From: Candidatus Blochmanniella floridana
GTDB lineage: Bacteria > Pseudomonadota > Gammaproteobacteria > Enterobacterales > Enterobacteriaceae
Length of the DNA: 32,000 bases
Direction of reading: 5' to 3'
NCBI GenBank assembly: GCA_000043285.1
Contig: BX248583.1
Location: forward strand, 60,001-92,000
The notes below the pieces were generated by a model. The model was given only the letters and a program-made list of their open reading frames with translations. It ran no database searches and was not told where the DNA came from. Below, one piece after another: positions 1-10,260 of this stretch. Position 1 is the first letter of the stretch. Each line of letters starts with the position of its first letter. The translations under genes and the position numbers were made by a program.

Positions 1-1550
1 TCGTCTCCTATAGGAGTTTCCATAGAAACAGGTTCTTTAGCAATTTTTAATACTTTTCTAATTTTATCTTCTGACATAAACATACGTTCTGCTAATTCTT
101 CTGGTGTCGGTTCACAACCTGTTTCTTGTAAAATTTGACGTGAAACTCGGTTTAGCTTATTGATTGTTTCAATCATGTGTACTGGAATGCGAATAGTGCG
201 TGCTTGATCTGCTATAGATCGTGTAATAGCTTGGCGAATCCACCAAGTGGCATAGGTAGAAAATTTATAACCACGACGATATTCAAATTTATCTACTGCT
301 TTCATAAGACCTATATTACCTTCTTGAATTAAATCTAAAAATTGCAATCCTCTATTTGTATATTTCTTGGCGATAGATATGACTAAACGAAGGTTAGCTT
401 CAACCATTTCTTTTTTAGCTCTTTTAGCTTTAGCTTCTCCAATAGCCATACGTTTATTAATATTTTTTATTTGCTCTATTGTTAATCCTGTTTCTTTTTC
501 AATTTGATGAAGTTGGTATAAACTTTGTTGTATTTTTGAGTCAACATTGTGTAGTTTTTGGGACCATGATGTATTTAAAGATAAAGCTTTATTTAGCCAA
601 TCTTTACTAGTTTCATTACCAGAAAATAAATTAATAAATTTTTTTTTAGGCATTTGGCTGACGTCTACACATAGTTTCATAATTAATCGTTCTTGTAAAC
701 GAATGCGATCCATCATAGAACGCATATTATTAACTAAGTAATCAAATTGTTTAGGAACTAATCTAAATTGTTTAAATACTTCAGAAAGTTTTAAAATTTC
801 TAATAATGATTGATGATGATCTCTTCCATTATATTTAATTGTGATTCGGGTTTTTTCGTATTGTTTTTGCAAATCTGTAAATTTTTTTCGTGCTAATTCT
901 GGATCTACATTATTATCATCATCATTTTCTGTATTTTCTTCATCATCAATTATGATTGGAGAATTAATAATTTCTGGTGTGATATAACCATCATGAATTG
1001 TTTTTGTAGATAAGGTATCGTGTTCTAAATTGAGTTCTACAAATCCAGTGACTAAATCTGATAAACGCACTTCACCGGTTTTTACACGTTTGTATTGTTC
1101 TAATAAATAAGTAATTGCTTCTGGATACTCTGCAACTGAACATTGAACTTGATGAATTCCATCTTCAATTCTTTTAGCGATATCTATTTCTCCTTCTCTA
1201 GTTAATAATTCCACTGCACCCATCTCTTTCATATACATGCGTACTGGATCAGTTGTTCTTCCAAGATCTGTATCTACATGAGATAGTGCTTGTACAGCTG
1301 CTTCTGTAGCATCTTCTTCATCATTGTTGGAAGTACCGCAATTTTCTGTTAATAAAAAGTCGTCGGAATCAGGAGCTTCTTCCATCACTTGAATACCCAT
1401 ATCATTCATCATTTGAATAATATTATTGAGTTGATCAGAATCGATTATATCTTCTGGTAAATGGTCATTTACTTCAGAAAAGGTTAGATAACCTTGTTCT
1501 TTACCACGTGTTACAAGTAATTTAAGTTGTGATTGTGGGTTATGATCCAT
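1..1550 (-). CDS. rpoD: RNA polymerase sigma-70 factor RpoD (3' end runs off the window)
   Basis: The reverse-strand ORF from ATG (complement of 1548-1550) translates as [58 protein letters not shown], nearly identical to the E. coli RpoD N-terminus. Near position 1 it reads [44 protein letters not shown] (sigma-70 region 2). A GGAG Shine-Dalgarno lies about 8 nt upstream. It is missing from the ORF track because no stop codon falls inside the window. Confidence 0.96.
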   Translation of the reverse strand, partial: MDHNPQSQLKLLVTRGKEQGYLTFSEVNDHLPEDIIDSDQLNNIIQMMNDMGIQVMEEAPDSDDFLLTENCGTSNNDEEDATEAAVQALSHVDTDLGRTTDPVRMYMKEMGAVELLTREGEIDIAKRIEDGIHQVQCSVAEYPEAITYLLEQYKRVKTGEVRLSDLVTGFVELNLEHDTLSTKTIHDGYITPEIINSPIIIDDEENTENDDDNNVDPELARKKFTDLQKQYEKTRITIKYNGRDHHQSLLEILKLSEVFKQFRLVPKQFDYLVNNMRSMMDRIRLQERLIMKLCVDVSQMPKKKFINLFSGNETSKDWLNKALSLNTSWSQKLHNVDSKIQQSLYQLHQIEKETGLTIEQIKNINKRMAIGEAKAKRAKKEMVEANLRLVISIAKKYTNRGLQFLDLIQEGNIGLMKAVDKFEYRRGYKFSTYATWWIRQAITRSIADQARTIRIPVHMIETINKLNRVSRQILQETGCEPTPEELAERMFMSEDKIRKVLKIAKEPVSMETPIGD

Positions 1551-1709
1551 AAAATAACTCCCACGATTGTAAAAAGTTTAATTTAATAATTGTAATTTTC
1601 ATTTATAATTCTAAGTATAAAATTATTTAATTTGTTATTTTATATAAAAGTATTGTTAAATAATTTTGTAATAAATGATGATTAATCTAATACATGTATG
1701 GTAACTTAT

Positions 1710-3476
1710 TTATGTTAATGTATGTTTTGATAGTGTTTGATTTAATAACCATAATTCTTGACGCTCTTCTATTTTTAAAGTAGATGTACGATCACGTGAA
1801 ATAAGTATGTTTTGTCTATGTTCAAGAATTAAATCATATAATTTGGTTAATGTATCAATAAAAGTTACAGTAATCATATCGTCGGTAATCATGTGATTCC
1901 AATGTGCTAAACGTATTATGTTAGTAAAACAATTATTTTCATCGTGTTGATGATAATAATGTATTAATTGTTCGGTAGTTAAGTATGGATAAGATTTACA
2001 TAATTTTACCAATTTTACAAATTCTATAATTATATTATCTTTACATTCTTTTAATCCTTTTATAGTTGGAACTAATTTAGCAAGTTTTGGGTTTTGTATC
2101 AATAATCCTATTAAAATATGTTTTATATTATATGTGATATCATTGTTTTGTACATTACTAGTTAGTGTGGGTGAGTGTTGTATTAATAATTGGTTTAATT
2201 TGTTTTCATCTAAAATACCTATTTTGTTGCTTAATTGTTGGAGTAAACATAATTTTAATATTTGGCCGGGTATTTTGTTAATCATAGGTAATATTAAGTG
2301 GCTTAATTTAACTCGACCTTCTAATGTTTGTATTTTTACTTTGTGTAATAATGTATCAAATATAAAATTAGATAAACTTTGGGCTTTTGATATTTGTTTT
2401 AAAAAATTATCTTTACCAATTTTACGTATGAGAGTATCTGGATCTTCCTTAACAGGTAGAAACATAAAACATATTTCTCGATGGTCATGAAGATATGGGA
2501 GTATAATATTTAATGTACGCCAGGCTGCTTTTTTTCCAGCAGAATCTCCATCATAACAACAAATCATTTGATTAGTAACGCTATATATGAGCTGAATATG
2601 ATTAATTGTAATGGATGTTCCTAAAGATGCTACTGCGTAATTTACTCCGAATTGTGTTAAAATAATTACATCTATGTAGCCTTCAACTAATAATATATAA
2701 GGAATATTTTTGTATTTTGTACATATTTCATAAAATCCATATAAATATTGATTTTTTTTAAAGATATAAGTATCAGGAGAATTTAGATATTTTGGTTCTG
2801 TGTTATTGTTTTGAATGAGTCGACCTCCAAATGCTATTATTTTTCCTAATTTATTATGCATAGGAAACATAATTCTATTTCGAAAACGGTCGTATTTTTT
2901 ATTTTGATGATATTTAATCCACATGCCTGATTGGTGGATTAATTTGTGATTGTATGATGATAAGTTAATATTTGTTAAGATATTATTCCATCCCATTGGT
3001 GCAAATCCGATTTTGAAATCGATAATAGAACTATCAGTTAATCCTCTGTTTTTTAGATATTTATAGGCATATGAATATTTTTTGTGTTTTAGGTTGTTTT
3101 GATAATAGTTACATATATCACGCATAAATGTATAGATAATATCTCCATGGTAATTGTTATTTTTAGTTTTATATAGAAAATGTTTTATAGAAATTCCGTG
3201 GAGAATAGATAATTGTTGTATAGATTCAATAAATGTAAGCTGATCATGATGCATCAAAAAATTTATTATATTGCCGTGTGATCCACAACTAAAACAATAA
3301 TAAAATTTTTTTTTAAGATTTACGGTGAATGATGGGGTTTTTTCGACATGAAATGGACAACAAGCAATGAAATTTGAGCCTTGTTTTTTTAAAGGTATGC
3401 GTTGATTAATTATATGAACAATATTAGTTCGGGATATTAGCTCGTCAATTAGTGCTTGTGGAATACGATTAATCAT
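1710..3476 (-). CDS. dnaG: DNA primase DnaG
   Basis: 588-aa ORF. It has the CHC2 zinc finger CCPFHVEKTPSF...YYCFSCGSHG and the TOPRIM motifs LVEGYIDV and DGDSAGKKA. It sits between rpsU and rpoD, as in the enterobacterial macromolecular-synthesis operon. Confidence 0.95.
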   Translation of the reverse strand: MINRIPQALIDELISRTNIVHIINQRIPLKKQGSNFIACCPFHVEKTPSFTVNLKKKFYYCFSCGSHGNIINFLMHHDQLTFIESIQQLSILHGISIKHFLYKTKNNNYHGDIIYTFMRDICNYYQNNLKHKKYSYAYKYLKNRGLTDSSIIDFKIGFAPMGWNNILTNINLSSYNHKLIHQSGMWIKYHQNKKYDRFRNRIMFPMHNKLGKIIAFGGRLIQNNNTEPKYLNSPDTYIFKKNQYLYGFYEICTKYKNIPYILLVEGYIDVIILTQFGVNYAVASLGTSITINHIQLIYSVTNQMICCYDGDSAGKKAAWRTLNIILPYLHDHREICFMFLPVKEDPDTLIRKIGKDNFLKQISKAQSLSNFIFDTLLHKVKIQTLEGRVKLSHLILPMINKIPGQILKLCLLQQLSNKIGILDENKLNQLLIQHSPTLTSNVQNNDITYNIKHILIGLLIQNPKLAKLVPTIKGLKECKDNIIIEFVKLVKLCKSYPYLTTEQLIHYYHQHDENNCFTNIIRLAHWNHMITDDMITVTFIDTLTKLYDLILEHRQNILISRDRTSTLKIEERQELWLLNQTLSKHTLT

Positions 3477-3621
3477 ATCTTTATGTATTTATTATTATTT
3501 TTATAACACGTTAGTTATTATAATTTTTAAAATATTATAAGTAGTATTTGTATATTAATAGGAAAATTATAAAGAATTTTCTAAATTTATTATATGAGAA
3601 TAGTGATATAAGATTAAATTA

Positions 3622-3837
3622 TTAAAATGATCTAGATTTTTTTAATTGTTCTCGATTTATTTTTTTTATATGTCTTTTAATAGCTGATGCTTTAGCTCTT
3701 TTTCGTTCTGTAGTAGGTTTTTCATAAAATTCTCTACGACGTACTTCTGATAAAATTCCAGCTTTTTCACATGATCTTTTAAAACGACGTAGTGCTACAT
3801 CAAATGGTTCATTTTCTCGTACTTTTATTATTGGCAT
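3622..3837 (-). CDS. rpsU: 30S ribosomal protein S21
   Basis: The 71-aa product [50 protein letters not shown] is near-identical to enterobacterial S21. It heads the rpsU-dnaG-rpoD operon. Confidence 0.97.
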   Translation of the reverse strand: MPIIKVRENEPFDVALRRFKRSCEKAGILSEVRRREFYEKPTTERKRAKASAIKRHIKKINREQLKKSRSF

Positions 3838-4009
3838 ATGTATTTTCCATTAAATTTAATTGAAAATATATTATAGAATATATATTCTGATAATAAAAAT
3901 ATATAATTTAACATATATTCATATAATGGAATATGTTATTTTTAAAATATTAGATTTATAACCAGTATAATAAATTATTGTTTTGTAATTCAGGGGAAAG
4001 AAAAAATAT

Positions 4010-5071
4010 ATGCGTGTCTTAGGAATTGAAACTTCTTGTGATGAAACTGGCATAGCGGTGTATGATGAATATAGAGGTTTATTAGTACATAAAGTGTATA
4101 GTCAAGGTGTATTACATTCGCGTTATGGAGGAGTAGTACCAGAGTTAGCAGCGAGAGATCACATTCGTAAGGTTATTCCATTAATTGTAGGATCACTGAA
4201 GCAAGCGCGTTTAATATCGAGTGATATAGATGCGGTAGCATATACTGCTGGTCCTGGATTAATAGGTGCATTGTTGGTGGGAGCTTCTGTTGCGTGTTCA
4301 TTAGCTTATGCTTGGAATGTGCCTGTTATTGGTGTACATCATATGGAAGCTCATTTGTTGACTCCGATGCTGAATAAAAAACTTATTATTTCTAATAGTA
4401 CTAGTTTTTCTGATTTTATTGATGTAATTGATTTTCCTTTTATTGCTTTGTTAGTATCTGGAGGTCATACTCAACTTGTTATGGTAAAAAATATAGGTGA
4501 GTATAAGATATTAGGAGAATCTGTTGATGATGCTGTAGGAGAGGTATTTGATAAAATTGCTGTGTTTTTAGGTTTAGGATATCCAGGAGGAGCATTATTA
4601 TCTGAAATGGCGCAAGTCGGTATAAAAGGACGTTATATTTTTCCAAAACCTATGATTAACAAACCAGGTTTTAATTTTAGTTTTTCTGGATTAAAGACTG
4701 CTGTTATTCGTGCTATTATGTCAAGCTCTAATGATCAGCAAACTCGAGCAGATATTGCATGTGGATTTGAACGAGCCGTTGTTGAAACGTTGTCTGTGAA
4801 ATGTTACAAAGCGTTAAAACAGATGAAAGTAAAATATTTAGTGATATCAGGTGGAGTTAGTGCTAATACAATGTTAAGATCAAAGTTGTTAAAGATGATG
4901 TATTCAATTTCAGGTAAGTTATTATGTCCAGAATTAGAGTTTTGTACAGATAATGGAGCAATGGTAGCATATACTGGTTTAATTAGATTGAAAGCAGGTT
5001 TGTCAAATCGAGATTTATCGATTACGGTAAAACCACGTTGGTCATTAGAATCTTTACCTAGTATTTTTTGA
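4010..5071 (+). CDS. tsaD: tRNA N6-adenosine threonylcarbamoyltransferase TsaD (YgjD/Gcp)
   Basis: 353-aa ORF starting [19 protein letters not shown], with the HHMEAHL metal-binding motif. It is divergent from rpsU, as in E. coli. A purine-rich Shine-Dalgarno (GGGGAAAGA) lies upstream. Confidence 0.95.
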   Translation: MRVLGIETSCDETGIAVYDEYRGLLVHKVYSQGVLHSRYGGVVPELAARDHIRKVIPLIVGSLKQARLISSDIDAVAYTAGPGLIGALLVGASVACSLAYAWNVPVIGVHHMEAHLLTPMLNKKLIISNSTSFSDFIDVIDFPFIALLVSGGHTQLVMVKNIGEYKILGESVDDAVGEVFDKIAVFLGLGYPGGALLSEMAQVGIKGRYIFPKPMINKPGFNFSFSGLKTAVIRAIMSSSNDQQTRADIACGFERAVVETLSVKCYKALKQMKVKYLVISGGVSANTMLRSKLLKMMYSISGKLLCPELEFCTDNGAMVAYTGLIRLKAGLSNRDLSITVKPRWSLESLPSIF

Positions 5072-5085
5072 GATAGCTAAGAATG

Positions 5086-5112
5086 AACATAATACATGTT
5101 ATGTATTATGTT
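5086..5112. terminator. Perfect 12-bp hairpin in the convergent tsaD/plsY spacer (candidate bidirectional terminator)
   Basis: AACATAATACAT-GTT-ATGTATTATGTT; I checked all 12 pairs by hand. It sits 15 nt after the tsaD stop and 31 nt after the plsY stop. Confidence 0.5.
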
Positions 5113-5142
5113 GTTAAGATTGTATGTAGATTTACAATTTTA

Positions 5143-5733
5143 TTAGCGATTCCAAATGTGTTTTTCTTGATGATTCCATAGTCGTTTAATATTATTTTTA
5201 TGTTGACTAAGTATAATCAAAGATAATAATATTATATATTCGAAATGATGGTATTGGATGTACCAAACATAAAATGTTATAACTATAAAGGTGACGATAG
5301 ATCCTAATGATGCATATCGAAAAAGGTAAACAGTAAGTATCCAAGTTATAATGATAATAATAAAAAAGTTTATGCTTATTGCAGTAAGCGCTCCAAATGC
5401 AGTAGCTACACCTTTACCTCCATAAAATTGGAAGTATATAGGATATATATGTCCTATACATGCTGAGATTGCTATGATATATAAATATATAGGGTCAATA
5501 TGAAAATATGTACCTAACCATATTGGTACGGCCCCTTTTAGAGAGTCGAATAATAAAACAAATATTGCTATTTTATAATTTATAATTCTTAAAATATTAG
5601 TTGTTCCTGGATTTTTAGAGCCATGTTGTCTAGGGTCTTTAAAATGTAATGTTTTGCATATTAAGATAGATCCAGATATTGAACCCAAAAAATAAGCAAG
5701 TATTATTATTAATGTAGCAGTAAAAATAATCAT
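5143..5733 (-). CDS. plsY: Glycerol-3-phosphate acyltransferase PlsY (YgiH)
   Basis: Multi-pass membrane protein with the PlsY signature GSKNPGTTNILR (E. coli GSGNPGATNVLR) and GGKGVATAFG. The ORF track begins at a TTG at 5760. The ATG at 5733 gives an N-terminus of E. coli-like length (MIIFTATLIIILAYFLGSISGS). Confidence 0.9.
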   Translation of the reverse strand: MIIFTATLIIILAYFLGSISGSILICKTLHFKDPRQHGSKNPGTTNILRIINYKIAIFVLLFDSLKGAVPIWLGTYFHIDPIYLYIIAISACIGHIYPIYFQFYGGKGVATAFGALTAISINFFIIIIITWILTVYLFRYASLGSIVTFIVITFYVWYIQYHHFEYIILLSLIILSQHKNNIKRLWNHQEKHIWNR

Positions 5734-5860
5734 GATTATTATTAAACAATTAATGAGCAATATAAGTATATTACAGTATATATAGTTTAAATTAAATAGT
5801 TGATACTATTTATAATTATATTGGTTTTATTTGAATATTAATAAATATATGGTGATACAT

Positions 5861-6229
5861 ATGGATATTTTATATATAAATCAATTGATAGTTATGTCAA
5901 GTGTTGGAATTTATGATTGGGAGAAAAATCAGTTACAAAAATTAATTTTTGATTTAGAGTTGACTTGTCATGATAAGTTTTTTGTTTCTAATACAGATAT
6001 GTCTAATTATTTAGATTATACGAAAATTAGTAATATTATATTAGATACAATAAATGGAAAGCATTTTTTGTTAATCGAATATATTGCAGAAGAAATTATA
6101 AAAATATTGATGGAAAAATTCTCAGTTATTTCTTGGATTCGTTTAAAAGTAGATAAACCAAATGCGGTTTGTAATGCACGTAGCGTTGGAATATGTATTG
6201 AGCGAGAAAATAAAATATTATCTCTATAA
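5861..6229 (+). CDS. folB: Dihydroneopterin aldolase FolB
   Basis: MDILYINQLIVMSSVGIYDWEKNQLQKLIFDLEL aligns with E. coli FolB MDIVFIEQLSVITTIGVYDWEQTIEQKLVFDIEM. The catalytic-lysine context KVDKPNAV is retained. The track start at 5831 is a TTG; the homology-supported ATG is at 5861. Confidence 0.87.
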   Translation: MDILYINQLIVMSSVGIYDWEKNQLQKLIFDLELTCHDKFFVSNTDMSNYLDYTKISNIILDTINGKHFLLIEYIAEEIIKILMEKFSVISWIRLKVDKPNAVCNARSVGICIERENKILSL

Positions 6230-6775
6230 TGTATATTTGATGATTGTGTAACATTAAAATAATGGTAATGGTGTAATAGGATAAATGTAGTGTGTTGTGT
6301 TTAATAAATGTTGAAATATTTATTTTTGATGATATTTATTAGTTATATTGAAGTATGATAACTAATAATAATTATTAGATGTTTTATTGCGTTATGGATA
6401 TATAATGATAAGTGAAAAATAATAATTATTTTGATAATTAAATTGATTAATTTGGTTTTGGTGGGAATAGATTGCAAAGAATTGTGCTTAATTTTGATAT
6501 AATAACGTTTAAATATTTAATAAAATGTTGATCAGATCAATAAAGTATTTTATAAAAATATTTTATTATGAAATGATTTTGTCTTGTCATAAGGATGTGA
6601 AGTGGAGTGGTATATTGAAATATGTTGGTATGAATATGATGAAATTATTATAATATACACAGGATGTGTATGGTATCAAAATTTTTTCGTTAAGATTAAA
6701 GTTATTTGTTTGTATGTTGTGTAGATGTGTAATAGTAATATGATGTTGTTGTTTAATTAATGATCAATAGCAATA

Positions 6776-8011
6776 TTATTGCTTATGTGTTAAAAACTTA
6801 TTTTTCCAGTGTTTTAATACATGTAAACGTCTAGAATATAATTCTTGACTAATATTAATTCCGGAGAATCCAGAATTAATAATGTCATTGGCTTTAATTT
6901 GTGTGGTTTCATTAAATGCGGTGCGTAAAAGCGTTGATTGAAAAAATAAATAGTTTATATGAAATTTGCTTCCTAATAGTTGTGATTGATTAATTTTAAT
7001 GATTAATTCAATTCTAGTTGGAGTACGCCAACAATCGAACGCTTGAAAAATTGTCATGATCATTTCAGAGGATAATTTTGTAACATCGTATAAATCATGG
7101 TAATACATGAAAACAATTTTAGTTAATTTCAAAATATTATTTGGAACTTTTAATCGATTACATAAATTATTAATTATTGATATTTGTGGTTTTTTCTGTG
7201 TTAATTGTTTGAGGGGTTGTTTTCTTGGATTCATTTCTGATCCTAGATTACAGCATAATATAGCGTAACGTATAGCAAGATCATTACTTAAACAGGAAAT
7301 ATTAGATAATCTGGTCATGGTTTGGTTGCCTAAATTCATGAGGTTTGAGTGATGTGTTGTACATTGTGGTATAGTAAATAGTATATCTAGTTCAGGAAAT
7401 AAAATTTTTAATGCGCCACATTTTTTTAAAACTTGAAAATATACTTGCGGATTATCTGTGATTAGGGCTTTTTTAGTTTCCATCCATACGCGTTCTGGAG
7501 ATAGTGATTTTAATTCATGAATCATGTGAGTCATAATTTCAAAGGTTTCTATAGCTATAGTGAATCCTATATTTTTAAGTTTTGCAGCAAATCGAGCAAC
7601 TCTTAGTACTCTGAGTGGATCTTCATAAAATGCGTTTGATACATGTCTGAGTAGTCGTAATTGAATATCTTTTTGACCATTGTATGGATCTAATAGATTG
7701 CCATTCATATCATATGCCATGGCATTAATTGTTAAATCTCTGCGGTATAAATCTTCTTCAATAGTAATAGAGGGTTCAGTATGGCAAATAAATCCAGTAT
7801 ACCCTGATCCTAATTTTCGTTCAGTTCGTGCTAACGCATATTCCTCATGACTTTTAGGATGTAAAAATACTGGAAAGTCTTTTCCGACTTGTTCATATCC
7901 GATACTTAACATTTCTTGAGCACTGGATCCCGTTATTACCCAATCTTTTTCTGTGATTGGTAGATTTAATAGTGAATCACGTACTGCTCCTCCTACTAAA
8001 TATTTTTTCAT
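6776..8011 (-). CDS. cca: tRNA CCA-adding nucleotidyltransferase (Cca)
   Basis: 411 aa. The N-terminal head MKKYLVGGAVRDSLLNLP...RRDLTINAMA...DPLRVLRVARFAA closely matches E. coli Cca. The C-terminal half is much more diverged (see findings). Confidence 0.9.
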   Translation of the reverse strand: MKKYLVGGAVRDSLLNLPITEKDWVITGSSAQEMLSIGYEQVGKDFPVFLHPKSHEEYALARTERKLGSGYTGFICHTEPSITIEEDLYRRDLTINAMAYDMNGNLLDPYNGQKDIQLRLLRHVSNAFYEDPLRVLRVARFAAKLKNIGFTIAIETFEIMTHMIHELKSLSPERVWMETKKALITDNPQVYFQVLKKCGALKILFPELDILFTIPQCTTHHSNLMNLGNQTMTRLSNISCLSNDLAIRYAILCCNLGSEMNPRKQPLKQLTQKKPQISIINNLCNRLKVPNNILKLTKIVFMYYHDLYDVTKLSSEMIMTIFQAFDCWRTPTRIELIIKINQSQLLGSKFHINYLFFQSTLLRTAFNETTQIKANDIINSGFSGINISQELYSRRLHVLKHWKNKFLTHKQ

Positions 8012-8184
8012 TATTTAAATAATAATATAAATTTGTATATATAAAAATATATAATATATATGTTAATTAATATTAGAGTAATTAAACTTGTATTATATAT
8101 AATATATGTACTGAGTTAAGTGTGTTAAACTATATTCAGTATATTATTTTATGATTAAATTATGTTCATATTTTTATGTAATGT

Positions 8185-9624
8185 ATGACTGTTATTTTAC
8201 CAGATTTTTTAAAATCTAATGTGTTGGTAGTAGGAGATATTATGTTAGATCGGTATTGGTATGGGTCTACTAATAAAATTTCTTTTGAATCTCCTGTTCC
8301 TGTTGTGGAAATTAATAATGTTATAGATATACCAGGAGGAGCCGCGAATGTGGCAATGAATATTGCTTCTTTAGGGGGTAGGGTTAGATTAATAGGATTA
8401 GTTGGAGTTGATGATGCTGCTCAGAGATTGAAAAAACGACTTACCGAATGCAAAATAAAATGGAATTTTATTTCGGTTGATACTCATCCTACTATCATGA
8501 AATTAAGAGTTATGTCGCGTAATCAACAAATGATTAGATTAGATTTTGAAAAAAAATTTAATAATGTTAATACTGATCAATTGATGAATGTTATTAAAGT
8601 GTATTTACCTCAGTATAAAGTGTTAGCATTGTCTGATTATGCAAAAGGAACTTTAGATTGTGTAGAGGAGATTATAAAAATAGCACGTTTTTTTAAGATA
8701 CCAATAATTATAGATCCTAAAGGAGTACAATTTTCTAAATATAAAGGAGCAACTATATTAACCCCTAATATGTCAGAATTTGAAGCAATTGTTGGGTTTT
8801 GTAGTAATGAAGAAATTATAATTAAACGAGCCAAGGAATTGATGAATGAATATGATTTGTTAGCGTTATTGATAACAAGATCAGATCAGGGTATGACTTT
8901 GTTACAGCGTAGTTTGGATCCATTATATTTTTCAGCTCAGTCAAAAGAAGTATATGATGTTACTGGAGCTGGAGATACAGTAGTTGGGGTATTATCGGCA
9001 GCTTTATCATTAGGTGAAAATTTAGAAAAATCATGTTTTTTAGCAAATGCAGCTGCTGGATCAGTGGTAGAAAAATCAGGTACTTCTACTGTTAATGTTG
9101 CTGAAATAAATAATGTTGTTCAAAAATATGAATATACTAAAATACCAACCGGGATAGTGGATCGGGGTTTATTAAAATACGTTGTATCTGTAGTACGTGG
9201 TAGAGGAGAAAAGATAGTTATGACGAATGGTGTATTTGATATATTACATTATGGGCATATTAGTTATTTGATGGATGCTAAAAAGCTTGGGCATCGGTTG
9301 ATTGTTGCGGTAAATAGTGATAAATCTACTAGGCGTTTAAAAGGGAAACATAGACCGATAAATGTTTTAGAAAGGCGTATGTTTGTTTTATCGGCATTAT
9401 CGATGGTGGATTGGGTGGTATCTTTTGATGAAGATAATCCTATTCAATTAATATTAGAAATATCTCCAGATTTTTTGGTAAAAGGTGGTGATTATAACGT
9501 TAATAATATTGTAGGTGGGAAAGAGGTATTACGACAAGGGGGTCAGGTGTGTGTATTAAAGTTTCAAGAAGATTGTTCTAGTAGCAGTATTATTGATACT
9601 ATGGAGATTAATGAAATTAATTAA
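8185..9624 (+). CDS. hldE: Bifunctional D-beta-D-heptose 7-phosphate kinase / heptose 1-phosphate adenylyltransferase HldE (RfaE)
   Basis: 479 aa. It has an N-terminal ribokinase-like domain (VLVVGDIMLDRYWYG, DVTGAGDTV) and a C-terminal cytidylyltransferase domain (TNGVFDILHYGHISYL). Length and architecture match E. coli HldE. Confidence 0.93.
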   Translation: MTVILPDFLKSNVLVVGDIMLDRYWYGSTNKISFESPVPVVEINNVIDIPGGAANVAMNIASLGGRVRLIGLVGVDDAAQRLKKRLTECKIKWNFISVDTHPTIMKLRVMSRNQQMIRLDFEKKFNNVNTDQLMNVIKVYLPQYKVLALSDYAKGTLDCVEEIIKIARFFKIPIIIDPKGVQFSKYKGATILTPNMSEFEAIVGFCSNEEIIIKRAKELMNEYDLLALLITRSDQGMTLLQRSLDPLYFSAQSKEVYDVTGAGDTVVGVLSAALSLGENLEKSCFLANAAAGSVVEKSGTSTVNVAEINNVVQKYEYTKIPTGIVDRGLLKYVVSVVRGRGEKIVMTNGVFDILHYGHISYLMDAKKLGHRLIVAVNSDKSTRRLKGKHRPINVLERRMFVLSALSMVDWVVSFDEDNPIQLILEISPDFLVKGGDYNVNNIVGGKEVLRQGGQVCVLKFQEDCSSSSIIDTMEINEIN

Positions 9625-9769
9625 TATTAATGAAGTAAATTTTTATGAAGAAAATATAGACAAGATGGTTAAGAAAGTTTTATTATAGGAAGGTGTTTAT
9701 TGATTGGATTGTATTTTAAGAACAGTGATGATAGAAATAAGATGAATATGTGTGTATTTTTTGAAATTT

Positions 9770-10039
9770 TTAATTTTTGTTTTTATTAAATTTATTTTTA
9801 TATATCGATTCTAATTTTTTAATTTTTATTTCTAGTTGTGCTAATTTTTTTTGAGTTTCAAATAGAATTTGAGTATATTCATCTAATTCATTGCGATTAA
9901 CAAAGTTTATATTATTGAGTTGATTTTGTAGTATTTTGAGTATTTTAGAATCTAAATCACATGTAATATTTTGAATATATTGAGGAAAATATTCATGCAT
10001 ATATTTTGCAATTTTTTCGATTGTTTTAGTATTAAACAT
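9770..10039 (-). CDS. ubiK: Ubiquinone biosynthesis accessory factor UbiK (YqiC, BMFP family)
   Basis: 89-aa coiled-coil protein. MFNTKTIEKIAKYMHEYFPQ...FVNRNELDEYTQILFETQKKLAQLE parallels E. coli YqiC [20 protein letters not shown]...[25 protein letters not shown] (recalled from memory). It is divergent from ribB, as in E. coli. Confidence 0.7.
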   Translation of the reverse strand: MFNTKTIEKIAKYMHEYFPQYIQNITCDLDSKILKILQNQLNNINFVNRNELDEYTQILFETQKKLAQLEIKIKKLESIYKNKFNKNKN

Positions 10040-10260
10040 AATAAGATATTTTTTGATATTTAATGTTATTAAAATTTAGAATAATTTACAACCATAACAA
10101 TATGGTGATTTTTGTTAATGATAAAACTTTGGTGCATATGATAAAAGGAATTAAAATTCAAAGTTGTTTTTTTTTGACATATAATCTCCTTTCTGTGTGT
10201 CATTATATATATAGTTAACAAAAAATACAATATAGTATAAATTAAATTATTATACATAAT

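Noticed and set aside
2134-2490. A 118-aa plus-strand ORF antisense to dnaG. The same category covers 547-741 (antisense to rpoD), 8637-8834 (hldE), 12107-12319 (metC), 15392-15583 (groEL) and 18308-18499 (same strand as mscM, wrong frame).
   Set aside because: All are nested inside strongly supported conserved genes. They have no motifs or ribosome-binding sites and show composition typical of out-of-frame translation.
3562-3581. A 7-bp hairpin (GAAAATT-ATAAAG-AATTTTC) between rpsU and dnaG, considered as the counterpart of the E. coli T1 attenuator-terminator.
   Set aside because: The stem is too short and AT-rich to distinguish from background without expression data.
3875-3888. A 14-bp perfect DNA palindrome, AGAATATATATTCT, in the divergent rpsU/tsaD promoter region, considered as an operator (E. 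coli rpsU has a LexA site).
   Set aside because: It lacks the CTG...CAG LexA-box ends. It is essentially a TATATA-type palindrome that arises readily by chance at this composition.
6539-6567. A 13-bp hairpin (AATAAAGTATTTT-ATA-AAAATATTTTATT) in the folB-cca spacer, considered as a terminator.
   Set aside because: It consists only of A:T pairs plus one G:U, so predicted stability is very low. It sits more than 300 nt from the folB stop and is plausibly a chance feature of AT-rich DNA.
10040-10260. An FMN (RFN) riboswitch is expected upstream of ribB, as in E. coli.
   Set aside because: I could not find the conserved GC-rich RFN core (for example GGGGCGAAATTCCCCACCGGCGG-like segments) or any GC-rich island in the 221-bp leader. 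The element appears to be lost. A covariance-model scan (Rfam RF00050) would settle this.
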